A stretch of DNA of 64,000 nt from Cycas panzhihuaensis (taxonomy: Eukaryota > Plantae > Cycadophyta), in assembly GCA_023213395.1 (NCBI GenBank), contig CM041465.1:123449741-123513740 (forward strand), given 5' to 3'. The translations under genes were made by a program, and so were the position numbers. The notes below the pieces were generated by a model. That model made no database searches and was not told the origin of the DNA. It was given only the letters and a program-made list of their open reading frames with translations. The first letter of the stretch is position 1. Every line of letters begins with the position of its first letter. Shown piece after piece: positions 24,012-38,770 of this stretch.

Positions 24012-27000
24012 TGAAGGAAGGATGGATCTAAGGATTAAGTCACTCACATGTATACAATAGCAATGGAGAACAAAGAAGAGATTAGAACAATAGATGCAAG
24101 CAAAGCTTGGAGGTGAGAATGAATAATGACTCTCTTTATGAGATTTTATCTTTTATTATTAAGGATGTATATTAGGGTTAGGTTTCTCCCACCTAATGAC
24201 ATGAACTTGAAATTACATTCAAATGCACATAAAGTACAGTTTTCTAAGAGACTAATACTAACACTATATCCTAAGGCCATTTTATTAATCTACATAAATG
24301 ATCTTGATACATTAACCTCTTTCAATTACCCCCTTAATAGTCAAAGGTCATTTTGAGGTAAACTAATATATTCTATGAGGTCTTCATTTGAGCCTCTTAA
24401 TATATTGAAATATCTACTTGGACACTATTGTGGGAAACCCTCACGAGGAAAAAAACTCATAGACTTATCTAAGCTAATGACTCTAACTCATGTAACTCTT
24501 TGAATATAGCCAGATAATCAATCGGTATAATGAGTTTTTCAACTGTAATCTATTGAGTCTCCATATATTGTTTGCTCATCCCCCATGCCCTTTTAGGTTT
24601 TCACAAGTTCTATTTTTCTAAAACTAGTACAACATTTATCCTTTTGTGCCCACATGGGGTTTTCACAAATATGATAGAGTAGAGATTTACTCTTATTCTT
24701 CCATGTCTACAAGGGGTTTTCACGATGAAATATAGTGTGATGATCTTGTTATCATCTCATTTGATTAGTCAAAGATGGAGGGCCTAAGGCTGAGCTACCC
24801 TTAGAACTATTCAAACTTCATCTTTTGTAGTGATTTAGTGAAGATATCGACCACTTGATATGTTATGGAACAATATTCTAGCTGAATTATACCATCATGA
24901 AATAGTTCTCGAATCCTATGGATTTTTGTACTTATGTGTTTGGTATGATTGTGAAATATAGAATTTTTTACCATGTGGATTACTGATTGATTATCTACAT
25001 AAAGGTTAGTAGGACTTGTTAGGGTGATATTCAATGTTTCCAATAATTTCCTAAACTATATCACCTCCTTGCTAATCTCAAAAGTAACAATATATTCAAC
25101 TACGACAATTGAATGAGTGACTATCTTCTGCTATTTGGATCTCTATGATATTAGTGTTATTTCAAGAAATGTTACATACCCAGGCATAGATCTTCCTATG
25201 TCTTTATCTCCTATAAAACTTGAATCTGTGTATTCAAAAATCTTAAACTCATTATTAGGTTTATATAATAGAGCAAATTTGTTAGTCATCTTTATGTATC
25301 TTAACACTCAAATTACAGCTTGCCAATGATTCTATTTTAGATTTGTCATAAAATGTATAAGAATATTGATAGAGTGTGCAATATTTGGTCTTGTGTTGGT
25401 ATCAATTTTCTTTTTTTTGAGAACTTCGAGGACCTTCCAAGATATATAATATTTCTCTTTATTAATCAAATTGTGCAAGAAGTGATCGGTAACCAATAAA
25501 ATTCATGCACAGATATTTTCATCACATATCTCCTATTGTAGTTTGATAGTAGCATCTATAGGAGTTATTGGGATGATCCCACTAAAAGTAGGTAATATAG
25601 TTGTTATAGATACGATGGGTGTAGGCTGCAAGTGGGCTCTCTAAAGGCCTTTATACTTTACAATATTTTAAACTCTAGTGTACTATAAATACTAATTTTC
25701 TTTGCTTTTCAACATGCAGTTGATGTTTTATTTGAATTATGATGACATGGTGATGATGACAAAGAAGTAAAAGAGTTGATAAAATTATGTATCACTGACA
25801 TATATGGTTAGTACACCTAACACAATAAGAATGTAGAAATGAATGTCATGATGAGAAGGCAAGTAATGATGAATAAGAATTAAGTGTTTTCTAATAACTA
25901 TAAATGATATGAATGCTTAATAGATTACTAGTAAATAATAAGTACAAGTGATCATACAACAATATGGCCTAATATAGAGATAGCAAAGAGTGGTGATGTG
26001 CCATACCACTAACCTCTAACTTATATCCAAATGTAGGTGACATATTGATTTGATGCCTAAGGTTTCTAGTATACAATTAGGGCCTTCACCTACAATACCT
26101 TCACCTACACTTGGTGATAAAATCCATGTTACAATGGAACCTAAGTACTCTTAGTCTTCACTTAATTCACTAATAAGTAGTGATATACCTCGTATGAAGA
26201 GTCAAATGATACATGTGTATCCTACAAATATGACAAATATTGGACTGGTTTAATTTTAATCTTGCATTAAGGTTTTAGTTGTCTTAGCTAATTATTAAGA
26301 TAATCCCTAAAAAGAGTCGATAGGTATAGTTAACCTATCACTCCACTAGTATTTTGGTTAAGTCTAGACCCACCTTGAAACTCACATCTCCCTTAGGCCC
26401 TAGAATTTGGCCAACCAATGTATCTCAACCTTGGTGAGTGTGTAAACAGTCTCAAGATGGTAGAATAATTAATAACAATTTGTTCATTTTAAAGAATATA
26501 CAAATGTGTTTACATTCACATTGTTGTGAAATAGAAATTAAAATGAGTTTCTAATGTGTTGATGTCGATACTTGCTTTTATGCCTTCTTCTTTTTTTCCT
26601 GATCAATGTGTATGCATATAAATAAACATGTAAAGATGTAAAGTATAAACACTAGATTTTACTCCGATCTAGATATTTTACTATTATAATGAGTTTTTAC
26701 TTCTAATTTTTAGAAAAAAAAAGGAAAAACCTTTATTTTTTATATATAATTTTGTTAAAGTAAAAACTTGAAAATTTTCTATTGAACTTGAATTTTGACC
26801 AAAAGAGAAAGTATCAAGAAAAGTGAGAGGAATTTAAATATGTTGTTAGAAACTTTTGTATAGTTATATAACCATACAAAACGACATAAATATTTTGGAT
26901 CAAAACTTCACTCTCCCAAATGATAGATTTAATTATGGTGAGTCAAAAGGTCTTCTGGAGAAACTTTTGAAAATGAGCAAAAATGGCATGAAACTTGTCG

Positions 27001-28075
27001 AAACTCCTACAAAACTCTCCTAGGTAGAAATTGGTGTTTTGAAGAATTCTCTATGTATTATGTATCAAATTTGATGAAACTTGATTTGATGGAGTACTTA
27101 AGACCAGATCTACTAAAGCCTTCAAGAAATTTTAACATGTACTAAGTATTTTGAGAAAATTTCTCAAAAAAATAATTAGAGTAAGGAATAATTGAATTTC
27201 TATATTTTGAGGTCGTATAAGTTAGAATTTTAAGATGATATAGAATACAAAAACGCTTCTCTTCGTTGGGTGTCCCTCCTTATAAATTTTTAGCAAAATA
27301 AATGGATTTTATTTTTCACCTACTATAGGGATGAACAGTCTTTTTCTAAATAGTTTTGATTGATTTCTACCATTTCCAAGTAGTTAAAATTATGCCCTAC
27401 AACTTCATGACATAGATTCCATAACTTACAATTGATTTGTAAAGAAAAATTAATAGAATCTTCCTTGATAAAATTAAAATTAGTTACAAAAAATCATAAA
27501 ATGTTAATTTTCTTCGAGAGTATGGACCCAGAAACTTACTTCCTTGTTAGTAATTTCAATCCTCAATGCACCTACAAATGAATGGAGGATACTGGAATAT
27601 ACTACAAATAAAATACAAACTTTGCATAATAATAAAGCTCTAAAAAATTTTAAAAATAATGACTACACTCTCAAGACTTTATATTAAAGGTAAAGGAGAA
27701 GCAAAATAGCTCCATGCAAACAAAATGGAGTGAATAAGTCTCCTTCTGGCTCAGATACCACATGAAGGAATGATGGATCTAGGGATTAAGTCACTCACAT
27801 GCACACAATAGCAACGGAGAATGAAGAAGAGATCAGAACAAGATATGAGAGCAAAGCTTAGAGGTGAAAATGAATAATGACTCCCTCTATAACATTTCAT
27901 TTTTATTATTGAGGGTATGCATTAGAGTTAGTTTTTTTTTTACTTAATGACATGAATATGAAATTACATTCAAATGCACATAAAATGCATGTCACTAAAA
28001 GACTAACACTAATATTATACCCTAAGGTTACTTTATTAATCTACACAAATGACCTTGATACATTAATGCCTTTCA
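24012..28075 (-). mobile_element. Copia family A copy 2, internally deleted (gag 5' part fused to RT end/RNase H)
   Basis: LTRs 24012-24324 and 27763-28075 homologous to the copy 1 LTRs; PBS GCTCAGATACCA 27749-27760; PPT 24325-24337; TSD CATAT/CATCT; RNase H motifs LYVDNQSVI, HTKHI, VDIFTKSL; junction at ~25400. Confidence 0.93.
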
Positions 28076-30295
28076 CATCTACTAACCTAAGAGTGCTAAT
28101 AGGACTTATAATTCACATATGGTAAGCCTTCATAAAACTTATAGTCATATAAATAAGCCCTAGACTTTCATCCATGGAATTCACAACCCACACAAAGTAT
28201 TCCAAGACCATTTATAAGTCTTATAATCAATTAAAGATATGCATAGTCTTTTATAAGCCCATTAATTACCAACCCAAGATATATGGATAATAAAACATAT
28301 ACTCAACACTCTTATTTATAGTTCAATACATTATAATAACTTTATTCCCAATCTTCCCAACATAGGGTCATAAGTTTATCATGTCATAGTTTATTAAGTA
28401 AGCATGTAAACTATATATGTACAAAAAAGTAACAACCATAAGCACACAATTTGCCTCTAATATTTATCCATTCATTTCCTTGAAGTTAGAAAAATCATAG
28501 AAACAAAAACCATAACTATCTATAGTTTCATCAATAAGCATGCATAAACACCAAGAGAGAAAAATAACCATATAGTTCAATCCATCCACTGAAATAGCTT
28601 ATAAATATTATGGTTAGGCATAAATCTATCCATTAATAGATGTCCATATATGCAAAAATGTTTAAATATTTTTCAAAGCCTTTTTTATTAGAGGTTGTCC
28701 ATAAACATGTATTTTTAATCCTTAAAATTTCATGGTTTTCTATTTCAAGCCACTTGTGTTTATAGATTTTAAATTTTAACCATATAATTAAGATTTTAGA
28801 ATAATTCACCTAATATAAACTCTGACTTTCTTTATATTTTCCTACCAGTCTTCTTTCTAAATTTATCCTCCATAAAATAGGGTTTGTAAAAACATCATTC
28901 AATGAATCTCAAATTCAATTTCTTAGGATTGTTTTAGTTATAAAATCTTGTCATAACAATGAGTGGGTTGGTTTCTAATTTTTTGGCCAATGAGGTTCTT
29001 TATGAGCCCCATAAAGCATACACTCTATATACACAAGCATACAACCTTAGGGGCTTGTGTAGATTATAATGGGTCTCTATGAAATGCTAATAGTCCATAC
29101 ACACCTATATCAAGGTCAAAATCATAATAAGTACTTCTTAAGGGATAGAATTTCCATCAAAATTTTAGAATTTAATCTCTATTTCCTCATTTGATTTTTA
29201 GTTTGTAAGAATTTATTCTATATATGTAAAGGAGATTGCCCATAAAAGACATTTAATAATTTGCATAATATACAAATCCTAGTAGTCTTAAGGCACTTAG
29301 GTCTATTACTTGCATAGTTTATCATTCATAATCCTTATCTTTAATTGAGTTCCAACTCTTGGGAACTCCTTCTTCTAAGTATCACCTAATGGCAACTCAC
29401 TCTATGTTAAGAACTGACTTTGCATGTCATAATTCATTTTTGTTACTTGATTATGGTAGTTTTTGCCCCCTTCTTAAGGAGAGAATGATGTTGTTACAAT
29501 ATTTGTAGTTGTGGGAATTATCCTTATCCCCTGAATTATTACCTATATCAAACATCGTTGATCTTATTTAAGATCACTTGCATTTAAACTCTCTTTGATT
29601 TATCTCAAACTATGAACAAAGCTTCAATGAGTCTTAAATATTAAAGGACTTTGGTTTAGTGAAGAATCCCACTTTTATGACACTCATGTGAATCTTATAT
29701 CTTGTAATTCCTTTGTGGGTCTTACATAATCTTGTGTCTATCAGTCTATCTATTTTTTTAAATTATCCTAGTAATAAGAACACAATGTAATAACATCCAA
29801 TTAAGTTTCAATTTCTTTTATCTAACACCACATTGCTAATCTTCTTATGTTTAATCCTCACTATGCATGGTAATAATTATTTATTTGGTATAATAACATA
29901 ATATAAATATTCATTAAATTTAGAAAAAAAGTTATTACAATATATATTTGTATAAGTTTGGTGCCCCATTTCAAAGTAAATTTTCACCTTATAATTTATT
30001 TAACATGAATTACTCTAGCTTATAGAAAGGGATAATTTTAGAAAGTGTCTATTAAAGTTTTTCACCTTATTACTTAAATGTTATTATCAAGATATATGAG
30101 TTCATATACACGGTTTAAGTGTATTAGATTAGTTAGAATGAAAGGGAAACTATAGAGTTAAATAAGTTTGAGAGAGGATGGAATTAATTCAATCATAGAT
30201 TTTAGTTTATATTAAAGCTAATATTGGGCTTATGAACATTAATATAAGTACTAATATCTAGTAAGAAAGAAAGTATAACACTAATTAGTATTTAA

Positions 30296-32896
30296 CTTGT
30301 TGATTACAATTCGTGATATCCAAAAGGATTTTGAAGAAGGCAAAGGATGGCTCGATCTCCATTCAAAATTTATTGACTTAAATGACTAATTTCTTCTAAT
30401 GCAATAACAAGAAGTAGATAAATGGAGAGCCTAGTCCAATATTCAATGGAAGTTGCATGCTAATCAAAATTCTAAAGTTTTCAATCATTATGTAAAAATT
30501 TGACATCATCAATGGTCTCTTAAGTGCTTATAGGTTTCTCCCACGGAGGCCACATATTTGCATCACAAAATCCAAGGGGAGATTTATCGTCATTTTGATA
30601 GATTGTGGTCCACTTAAGGCTTTTTTGTTGTAAGGGCCAAAGCCACTCAAATAATTCTCTCTAAGGTGAACCCTATCCTTAAGGAGTGTAGTAGAAATTT
30701 AAATGTGTTTCTTAGGAGACCAATTATCAAGAAGGAAATTCACAAAATTGGTGAAGCTTCCTATAGGTAAATCTCCAGGCTTGGATGGAGTACCTATGGA
30801 GCCCCTTTTAGCTATAGACTCTGATGAGGTGCCTCAATTGCTAGTAGAAGTAGCAAAAGAGATTCATCGTATAGGTAAAATGCATCATGTTATCAATGCA
30901 ACCATAGTATCTTTAATCCCTCAAATTGTGAACGAAAATCAACCATAGTATCTTTAACCCCTATCTCCTTATCTCTTTGTGATTGTCATGGATGGCCTCT
31001 CTTCTCTATTAGTTTGGATCCAGTCTGTTGGTCTTCTCCAAGGGGTTTCTATTGATGGAATAGAGGCCATTACACACCAAATCTTCGTAGATGATACCAT
31101 ATTGCTAAGCTATCCTTCATATATAGAAATATTAGCATTTGGTGTCAAGCACTTAGTATTTTTTGTCTTGCAGCAAGGATGAAGATCAATCATAGTAAAT
31201 CTAATATTATCTTCAATGAAGTAGATATAGAGGACTAATCTAATTTGGCAATAGCCTTGGGAGTTCCAATTACCCCTAGATCTATAATTTTCAAATACTT
31301 AGGCATCCTTATTAGCCTCTTCAGACTAAAAATTACTAATTGGCATCCTTATATTTTAAAAATCAAGAAGAAGTTGGATGCATTGCCTACCAGATCTCTT
31401 AACCTAGTGGTTCATTGGAGTCTAATAGAATCGACCCTAACCTAAATACCTAATTATCTAATGCCCATCATTCAAGCTCCCAAAGTAGAGCTATCAACTA
31501 TTCAAAGTTTGTTCATTAGATTTCTTTGAAAAGCTTGGTCAATGGAAGCAAAGTCCTTTTGCCTAAAAAAATGGAGCACAGTGTTTAATCACAAAGGTTG
31601 AGGTGGCCTTGGTCTTAAAGACACTTTTATCATGGCTAAGGTGAGATGGGCAAAGCGGTTGTGGGACCCATGGAATAGAGAAAATGATAAATGGGTCTGC
31701 ATAATTAGGAGGAAATATTATTTAGCATTTTCAAGTAAAGAGATGTTGATATCCCCCAACCATCTTAACAAAGGATCCGCAATTTGGAACCACATAGTGG
31801 CAGCTTGGGATAATCTCCACTATAACATTATATATTCTTTAGGATCAACTAGGCTTCAAGTCAATTTTTGGACTGACAAATGGATGCCTCTAAGGTTTTC
31901 TCTGCTAGTCAATTAAGAGGATTTTGCTCTTTTAGTTTAGTTCTTTAGTTCTCATAATTGGCTTACTGTGGCTCCATTCCATGACTTCGACCGGCTTTGA
32001 TGGAAGGATTTTATTAAGCTTATAATGGGGAATAATCCACGACCTAAACCTTTTCTCTTGCAAACAGTTGATAGACTCAATTTTTTCATGTGATAAGTGG
32101 ATCCTCTCATTGCCTCAAAGGATCTTGAGAAGGAGGAAGGCCTCAGGTTCCTTTCCAGGGGTCGAGTGTTCGAGTCTTCAGAGTTCTATTACTTGCTTCA
32201 TAGTCAGCATTATCATCTTGTCTAACTTCAAGTTGAATGGGGATGGATTTGGTGGAAGAAAGTATAACCTAAACATAATGTACTTCACTAGAGAATTTTG
32301 CAGAAGGCCTTCATTTTTCAAGACATGTAGGATCAATGGAATTTGATCATCAATGCTTCTGTCTTATGTGTGGTGCTCATAATGATAATTTTGATCATAT
32401 TTAGTGGCACTATCCCTCTAATCCAAGAGATTTGGCAGACTGCCTTTGAGATATTTAATTTGGACTAAGGCTTCTTCGAAATCTAAATTGGCTACCTATC
32501 TCTTCATTTTCTGGCTTATAAAAGGGAGCTAGGCTACGACGCATAGTTGGTTTTCAACCCACAGTCACTTGATAGACCTCTAGCTTTATCTCCTCAAAGC
32601 CATCTTGTACGAAATCTAGAAAATATATACCACAGTCTATTTTCAAAAAGTAGTCCCATCCTTTAATCAAACTTTTAGTCATGTAAGGAAGGAATTGTGA
32701 TTATGGGTGTCTTACAATACTTGTTTATACTTCTCTATGGAAAAACCTTAAGGAAAACCTCCATACTAATACTACAATTTTATGTGCCATGCAAGTAAAA
32801 AATTGAGTTAGTAGATCTACTTGATATTTGGACTCTTTAGCCTCTTGTATTGTATTTGACTTTATAATTTAATGACATATATTTTTACCTTAAAAA
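30296..32896 (+). mobile_element. 5'-truncated L1-type LINE, degraded ORF2 (copy A, with a deletion in RT)
   Basis: KSPGLDG, HQIFVDDTIL, FKYLG, FWTDKW, 3' Cys/His zinc-finger remnant (~32360-32400); A-rich end. Confidence 0.85.
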
Positions 32897-33232
32897 TATA
32901 TATATATTTAAGGGGAAAATTTTATTACTAAGAAACAAAAACATACATAGTTTTAACTTCTTATAAATATATTAGAAATGGTTGAAAAATAAAAGATGAT
33001 GATATGAACTTGGTAAGGATTTATTGTTTTCCTTTGATCATGGTGATAAGAGATAATAGAAAATTATATGATTTACTATATTACGGAATCATGAAAAAGA
33101 GTTTAAACTCCTATTTATAAGATGTGTTGGTTAGGTGAATAATCTTAAATGATACACTAAGCTATTATGTCTTACAAACAAATAAATATTAGATGTATAC
33201 ACTAAAGGATGCATGCACACACATACAAAATC

Positions 33233-33273
<41 letters not shown>

Positions 33274-33316
33274 TGTGTATCTCCTCCCTCCCCATATATA
33301 TACACGTGTGTGTGTA
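33233..33316. repeat. Compound (AT)n(GT)n microsatellite
   Basis: ATATATAT followed by a (GT)n run and a shorter second compound run. Confidence 0.85.
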
Positions 33317-33879
33317 AATAATCTCTTATTATAGGAATTATTTGTTAAGTTGAGCAAGCTTAAATGATGTACTTAAGTGTCATGTCTTGTAAACAAATAA
33401 ATATTCAAAGATCTAAACTTTTCAATGCTAAATGTTCAAAAAATAATGGATGGCTTAAGATCCAATAATAGACTTCTCCATGCTAAATGTTCAAGAAACA
33501 ATAGCTTAGTGTAAGGCATAATATGATTAAAAATCCAAGCAAAATTATAATAAATTAACTACAAATGTCATATCAAGTTAATAAACTATAGAAAGAAGTG
33601 CATGTTTAAAGGCACATGAAGTCAATACTTATAATTAATTAAATAAAAAAGTTTATATAATAAAAAATTATATATTAAAAATCAAATAGTATTAAAATTC
33701 AATTCATGGTTGATTGTAATATAATTTATAATTTATTTATTTACTAAAAAATATATAAAATCTTTATTTATATAAATAATTAATTTAAAATGTCATCTTA
33801 TGTTCATAAATAATTAGCCACAAAAATTATATAAAATTTGAAATGTCAATAAAATGTGCATCTTGAATGTTCATACAAA

Positions 33880-34488
33880 AATGGTTGATGATCAATTGAA
33901 AAAGAAACATGAATAAAAAGTTCATGTTGAAAGTTCATAGAGAAATTGTTTACTATCAATTAAGAAAGAAATATCACGTTGAAAGTTTAAGCATAATCGA
34001 TTGCGATTAATTGAAAGAGGAACGTGGAAAGGAATATCATGTTGAAAGTTGATACAGAATTGGTTGCGATTAATTGAGAAACGAAGATGGAAAGGAAATT
34101 TACGTTGAAAGTCGATAGAGAAGTCATTTTCGATCACTTAAGAAAGTGTTAAAATTCAAGAAAAGTGAGGGAGAGTGTGGGTTGAAACGTGGAAAGGAAA
34201 TTCACATAAGTCGTTTTCGATCAATTAATAAAGTGTTAAAATTGAAGAAATGTCACGGAGAGTGGGTGTTGAATGCCCATAGAAAATTGGATTAAGATTA
34301 ATTAATAACTACGAAATTCGTGTGGAATTATAAAATTGCGTTCGTCCGTCTCCAAAGCCCAAAGCTCCGAGAAAATTCGTTCGTGTTGACAAATAATGAA
34401 CTACCGATGTCGTATAAAAGGAATGCATCTGAGCTGACCTGTTTGTTGTTCTCAGGTTGGAGAGAGGTTGAAGGAAATAAGGTTGGAG
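33880..34488 (+). promoter_or_regulatory. Putative RLK promoter with degenerate ~55-60-bp repeats (CACGTTGAAAG...CGATCAATTAAG) and a TATA-like box
   Basis: The same motifs recur upstream of all three RLK copies (46490-47380, 59850-60233); TATAAAAG/TATAAGAG about 75 nt before each ATG. Confidence 0.55.
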
Positions 34489-36216
34489 ATGCATCTGTTC
34501 AAGTTATTTTTGTGTCTTCTATTCTCCTCTGCAATTCTATTTCAACCTTTCCGGAAATTCGCTCCAAGGCTCCCTGCCTTTCGAGATTGGTAAAATGGTA
34601 ATGGTGCAAGCTATAGACATCTCTGCCAATCAATTGTCTGGCATCATTCCAACTACAATTGGAAGCTGCGCAGGGTTGGAATATCTGAATCTATCTCATA
34701 ACGCCTTAGAAGGTCTAACTCCACTATTATTTGGAAATTTAAAATGTCTCGAAGACATGGATCTTTCTTCCAATAAATTGTCAGGAACAATTCCAAAGTC
34801 TCTGGAGAAACTACATATGCTTGCTCGCTTGAATTTCTCATACAACAACCTCACTGGAGAAATTCCGAAAGGAGAAAATTTTGCAAATTTGGCTAATGCA
34901 TCATTTATGGGAAATTCTGGACTCTGCGGATCATGGATACACCTGCCTCCCTGTCCCAATTCCACTCTTCGAAACAAACAGGGCATTCACCTCACAAAAG
35001 AGTAATAGTACCGATTGCAAGTGTCAGTGCTGTTTACTCATAGGAATCTATTGGAGAAGCAAGTAACTTTTGCACTAAAACGGGAACTCCCTGTTATTTC
35101 ATATCAACAACTTATCCATGCAACAGATGGATTTAGTGAGGCCAACTTGCTTGGAGTTGGTAGCTTCGGTTCAGTCTATAAAGGAATTTTAGGGAATGGC
35201 ACCATGGTTGCTATCAAGGTTTTTAATTTGCAGAATGAAGAGCACAGTCGAAGTTTTGAAAAGGAATGCCAGGTATTAAAGAAACTTCGGTACCGGAATC
35301 TTGTTAGAATCATAACCTCGTATTCAAGCCTTCATTCCAGAGCTTTGGTCCTCCAATTCATGCCAAAGGGAAGCTTGGAGAAGAATTTGTATCCTGATGA
35401 CAGCAATGAGAATGAAGATGGTAATGCTTGTTCAGTGAACTTCCTCAACCGATTAAACATAGCCGATGGCATGCAATACCTTCATCATGACTGCTATGTG
35501 CAAGTTCTGCATTGTGATCTAAAGCCAAGCAACGTGCTTTTAGATGACAATATGACGGCGCATATTACTGATTTTGGGCTGGCCCCAGTAATTTGTCCCA
35601 CCTCTGAGGATTCATTCACTTCAGCACATGCGCTCAGAAGGTCCATTGGCTACATTGCCCCAGGTTTGCTTTTATGCTTCAAATGATCGAAATACTGTTT
35701 GTCGCTTTTCTTGCATATCTTGTGTGTACGAGTTAGTAGAATAAAAATTTGAAGATGATGGCTTGAATACAGAGTATGGATTAGGAGGAAGGGCTTCAAC
35801 AAAGGGGGATGTTTACAGTTATGGCATTTTGTTAATGGAGATGCTGACTACAAGGAGGCCCAGCGTGACTGGACTTGCAGAAGTGGGTGAGCATGGCATT
35901 TCCTAATAGATTGATGGATGTTGTTGACGGTACTCTACTAAGTAATGTGGGCGCTGAAGGAATAGATGGGCATACCACGTATAAATGTGTTACGGAACTC
36001 ATACTTGTGGGTTTGTTGTGCACAAAGCAATCCCCTGAAGAAAGACCAAGTATGAGAGATATAGCGGGAGTGCTGGAGAGTATCGGAGCAACATTTCTTG
36101 GAACAACAACCGCAGGGACTACCAAATTCCCAGCAGATATATCATCTTTGTTAGAAAGGACTACAAGACGCAACAACTTGGGAACATTTGATAGCCAGAG
36201 TCGCTCTACATCGTAG
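34489..36216 (+). pseudogene. LRR-XII non-RD receptor-like kinase pseudogene, copy 1 (intron 35664-35772)
   Basis: Signal peptide fused out of frame to the last LRRs by a ~1.57-kb deletion; damaged TM region; kinase GVGSFGSVYKG, AIKVF, HCDLKPSN, DFG; further deletions in both exons. Confidence 0.93.
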
Positions 36217-38770
36217 ATAATGCGTAGAAAACATCAAGTTCATTTCCCAGTTCCGTTGTTGCATGAATGAATGGAAAAACTGGCACAATTATCGGGTGCT
36301 AATGCCTTTTCACTCAGTAAATATCATAAGAAAGTTATGATCATTGATTGTTTGATGCAATCAGTCGATATATCTGGGTCGGTATTTGTTATATCGAGAT
36401 GAATTAATTGTTTTATAAGACAAGGGTATTAAATTATAACGTAATAGTTTTGTTAATCAATCGACCGCAGGGGCAGGAAGATAGGTAGATTGCAACGGGC
36501 ACCGGGAGCTACAGACTGCACAAGTTCATAACCCATAGATTTGCTTTGCAAAGTGATTTATCGAGGAACATGTTGAAATAAAATATATCAATTTCACGAG
36601 CAACGAGGGATGATGGGAGATAACATGAACGTTTAAAAGTGGCAAACACCCAAAACATCACCTGCGTGAACTCTTCCCAAGCGAAGTGCACTTTTAAATT
36701 GCAAGTTCGCTTTCACTATTTTGGATTTGAATTTAGTCATAAAGTGTTGCATCGTTATGTTTTAGTTTATTTTAGACTTTGAGCATATTTACGATTTTAA
36801 CACGTTAAGTAGGGCAAATGTGCGCATCCTTGAAGTTTTTATTTGAAGAGTCCCAAAGAAAGGCAACATAAAGAAATACAATATATTTAATTTACAAACA
36901 ATAATCAAAATAAAATTATTGACACCGAGTTGAGCAAGTTACCAAGGGACTTTGACATGGTGTACGAATCTTGTATACAATAACAATATGTAATTGTCAT
37001 GCAAATTCTAAGGCTTTATTGCTTCACTTAAGGCTTTTTAAGTATAAGTCTAATGCTTTATCCTCTAGAAAATACCTTAAATATTACCCCCGATAAACTA
37101 TGATGAAAATTTTATACTTTAATCATACTTCTAAATATGCACCTTGTAAATTTTTGTTGAGGTGAAATTTGGGAAGCTATACTCATGAGAAATTTATCAT
37201 ATGTTTGCTAACAGTGAACCCTTGTTACCCCAATATAGAGTTACATGAGTTGGAATTTATTTAGGGGGACCCTAAATCATAGGCCCGTGTCAAACAACAC
37301 AAAAGCGTTTTCTCCCTAAAACTTATGATCACACACTACTATCTCCATGTTATCAACTACAGATATTGAATGACACCCTTTCATAGTGAGGGATGTGGAA
37401 AATGAAAGTCAGCATGATATGACATGCTAGCCCCTTGCTCTATAGAGGGTTTTGACATTAAGGAAAGGAAAAAGGCAATGAAGACTTCTAAATGATAAGA
37501 AAATTGGGTTTATTATTCTCTTCAATTTTATACATTTTTTAAATATTTTGTTTAAATTAAGAAATTAAAAAAATAAAAACAAAGAGAATTAAACTTGAAA
37601 TTAGAGTTTTTTTTCTTTAGTTTGGCGAGGTGTTCATGGGCTTGACCTAAAATTCATACCACCTCATGTTGTTGTACACATCTTTGTAGAATGCTATTTA
37701 ATTATATTTTAAATAATACTTTATGAACGAGTTAGAATAAGTTGCTTTACTTAACATAGTTTTATCATCCTAGGTGATATGGGTTTAACAGATTTGCATT
37801 AAAGAGTTTCGCATACAAAAAATCATTATTTATACTAGTTGATTTCTTATCTTTCATGATATGTGAAATCTTCTCTTAGTTTGACTATGAACTTAAATAA
37901 GAATTCTTGAAATAATGATAGCCATTTATTTGTCCTCCCTTGTAGCAATTGTTTGTTTAAGAGATGCATCAATATTTGATGGTCAACACAATAATTTAAA
38001 AGGGTTGGCTAGCAAGTAATGCCTAAACTTTTGGTCATAGACCATAGCCAACTCTCCTTTCTTTAATATTGTATAATTATGCTCAACTGTAGTTAACTTC
38101 TTACTAGTTAAATATTTTGGATAGTTTATCTTTTTATTTATAGATTGAGTTAAGATGCATCCAATAGTGTATTAGAATACATTAGCATAGACAATTTCTT
38201 TTTTTATCAATTCAAAAATTGTTATTTGAGCAATTATAAGTTTTAATACATTGAATGAGATTCGTTCATTTCTCCTCATGTTTAAGGCATATACTAAATT
38301 AAGAGTTTAATAGTAGAGAAATTCAAGCCTTGCCTTTAATGAATTTTCTATAATAACTTGTGATAACCAACAATTCTTAACTTGATTTAGAGTAGTCAAA
38401 TGTGTGAATATCATAATCGCTTCCGCTTTTGTAGTATTTATCAATGACCCTTGTTTTCTAGAAATGTGGCCTAATAACCTTCTAAATGGTACCTTAAAAT
38501 TATATGTTTTGAGAGTTTAAATATAATTTACTTTTTTTTGCAATATTTTATCATGTCATTTTGGTTTCTCAAATGGTTATCTAATAAACTATACAACATG
38601 CAACCAACGAGAAAAATTTTCACCTTTGTATCAATCATCTTTTTAAATATGTTTAACATGACTCCATTGAATGTTGTTGAGGCATTGGTCAAGCCAAATG
38701 GTATTTCACAATAAGCATTAGTCCCTTGTATTCTTAAAGGTATATATTTTTATTGATCTTTGGGGATATA
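36217..38770 (+). repeat. Downstream flank duplicate, homologous to 50746-53294
   Basis: Colinear similarity ending at AAAGGTATATATTTTTATTGATCTTT(T)GGGGATAT in both copies. Confidence 0.9.

Larger units (their letters stand above)
28411..36316 (+). repeat. Segmental duplicate (upstream flank + LINE + RLK copy 1), homologous to 54731-63418
   Basis: Colinear similarity from AACA(A/C)CCATAAGCACACA through the LINE and the RLK to the 3' UTR, with indels. Confidence 0.9.

Noticed and set aside
33880-34260. CRISPR-like repeat-spacer array (also considered for 16440-17340)
   Set aside because: Repeats are degenerate, spacers are not unique or of constant length, the context is eukaryotic and there are no cas genes.
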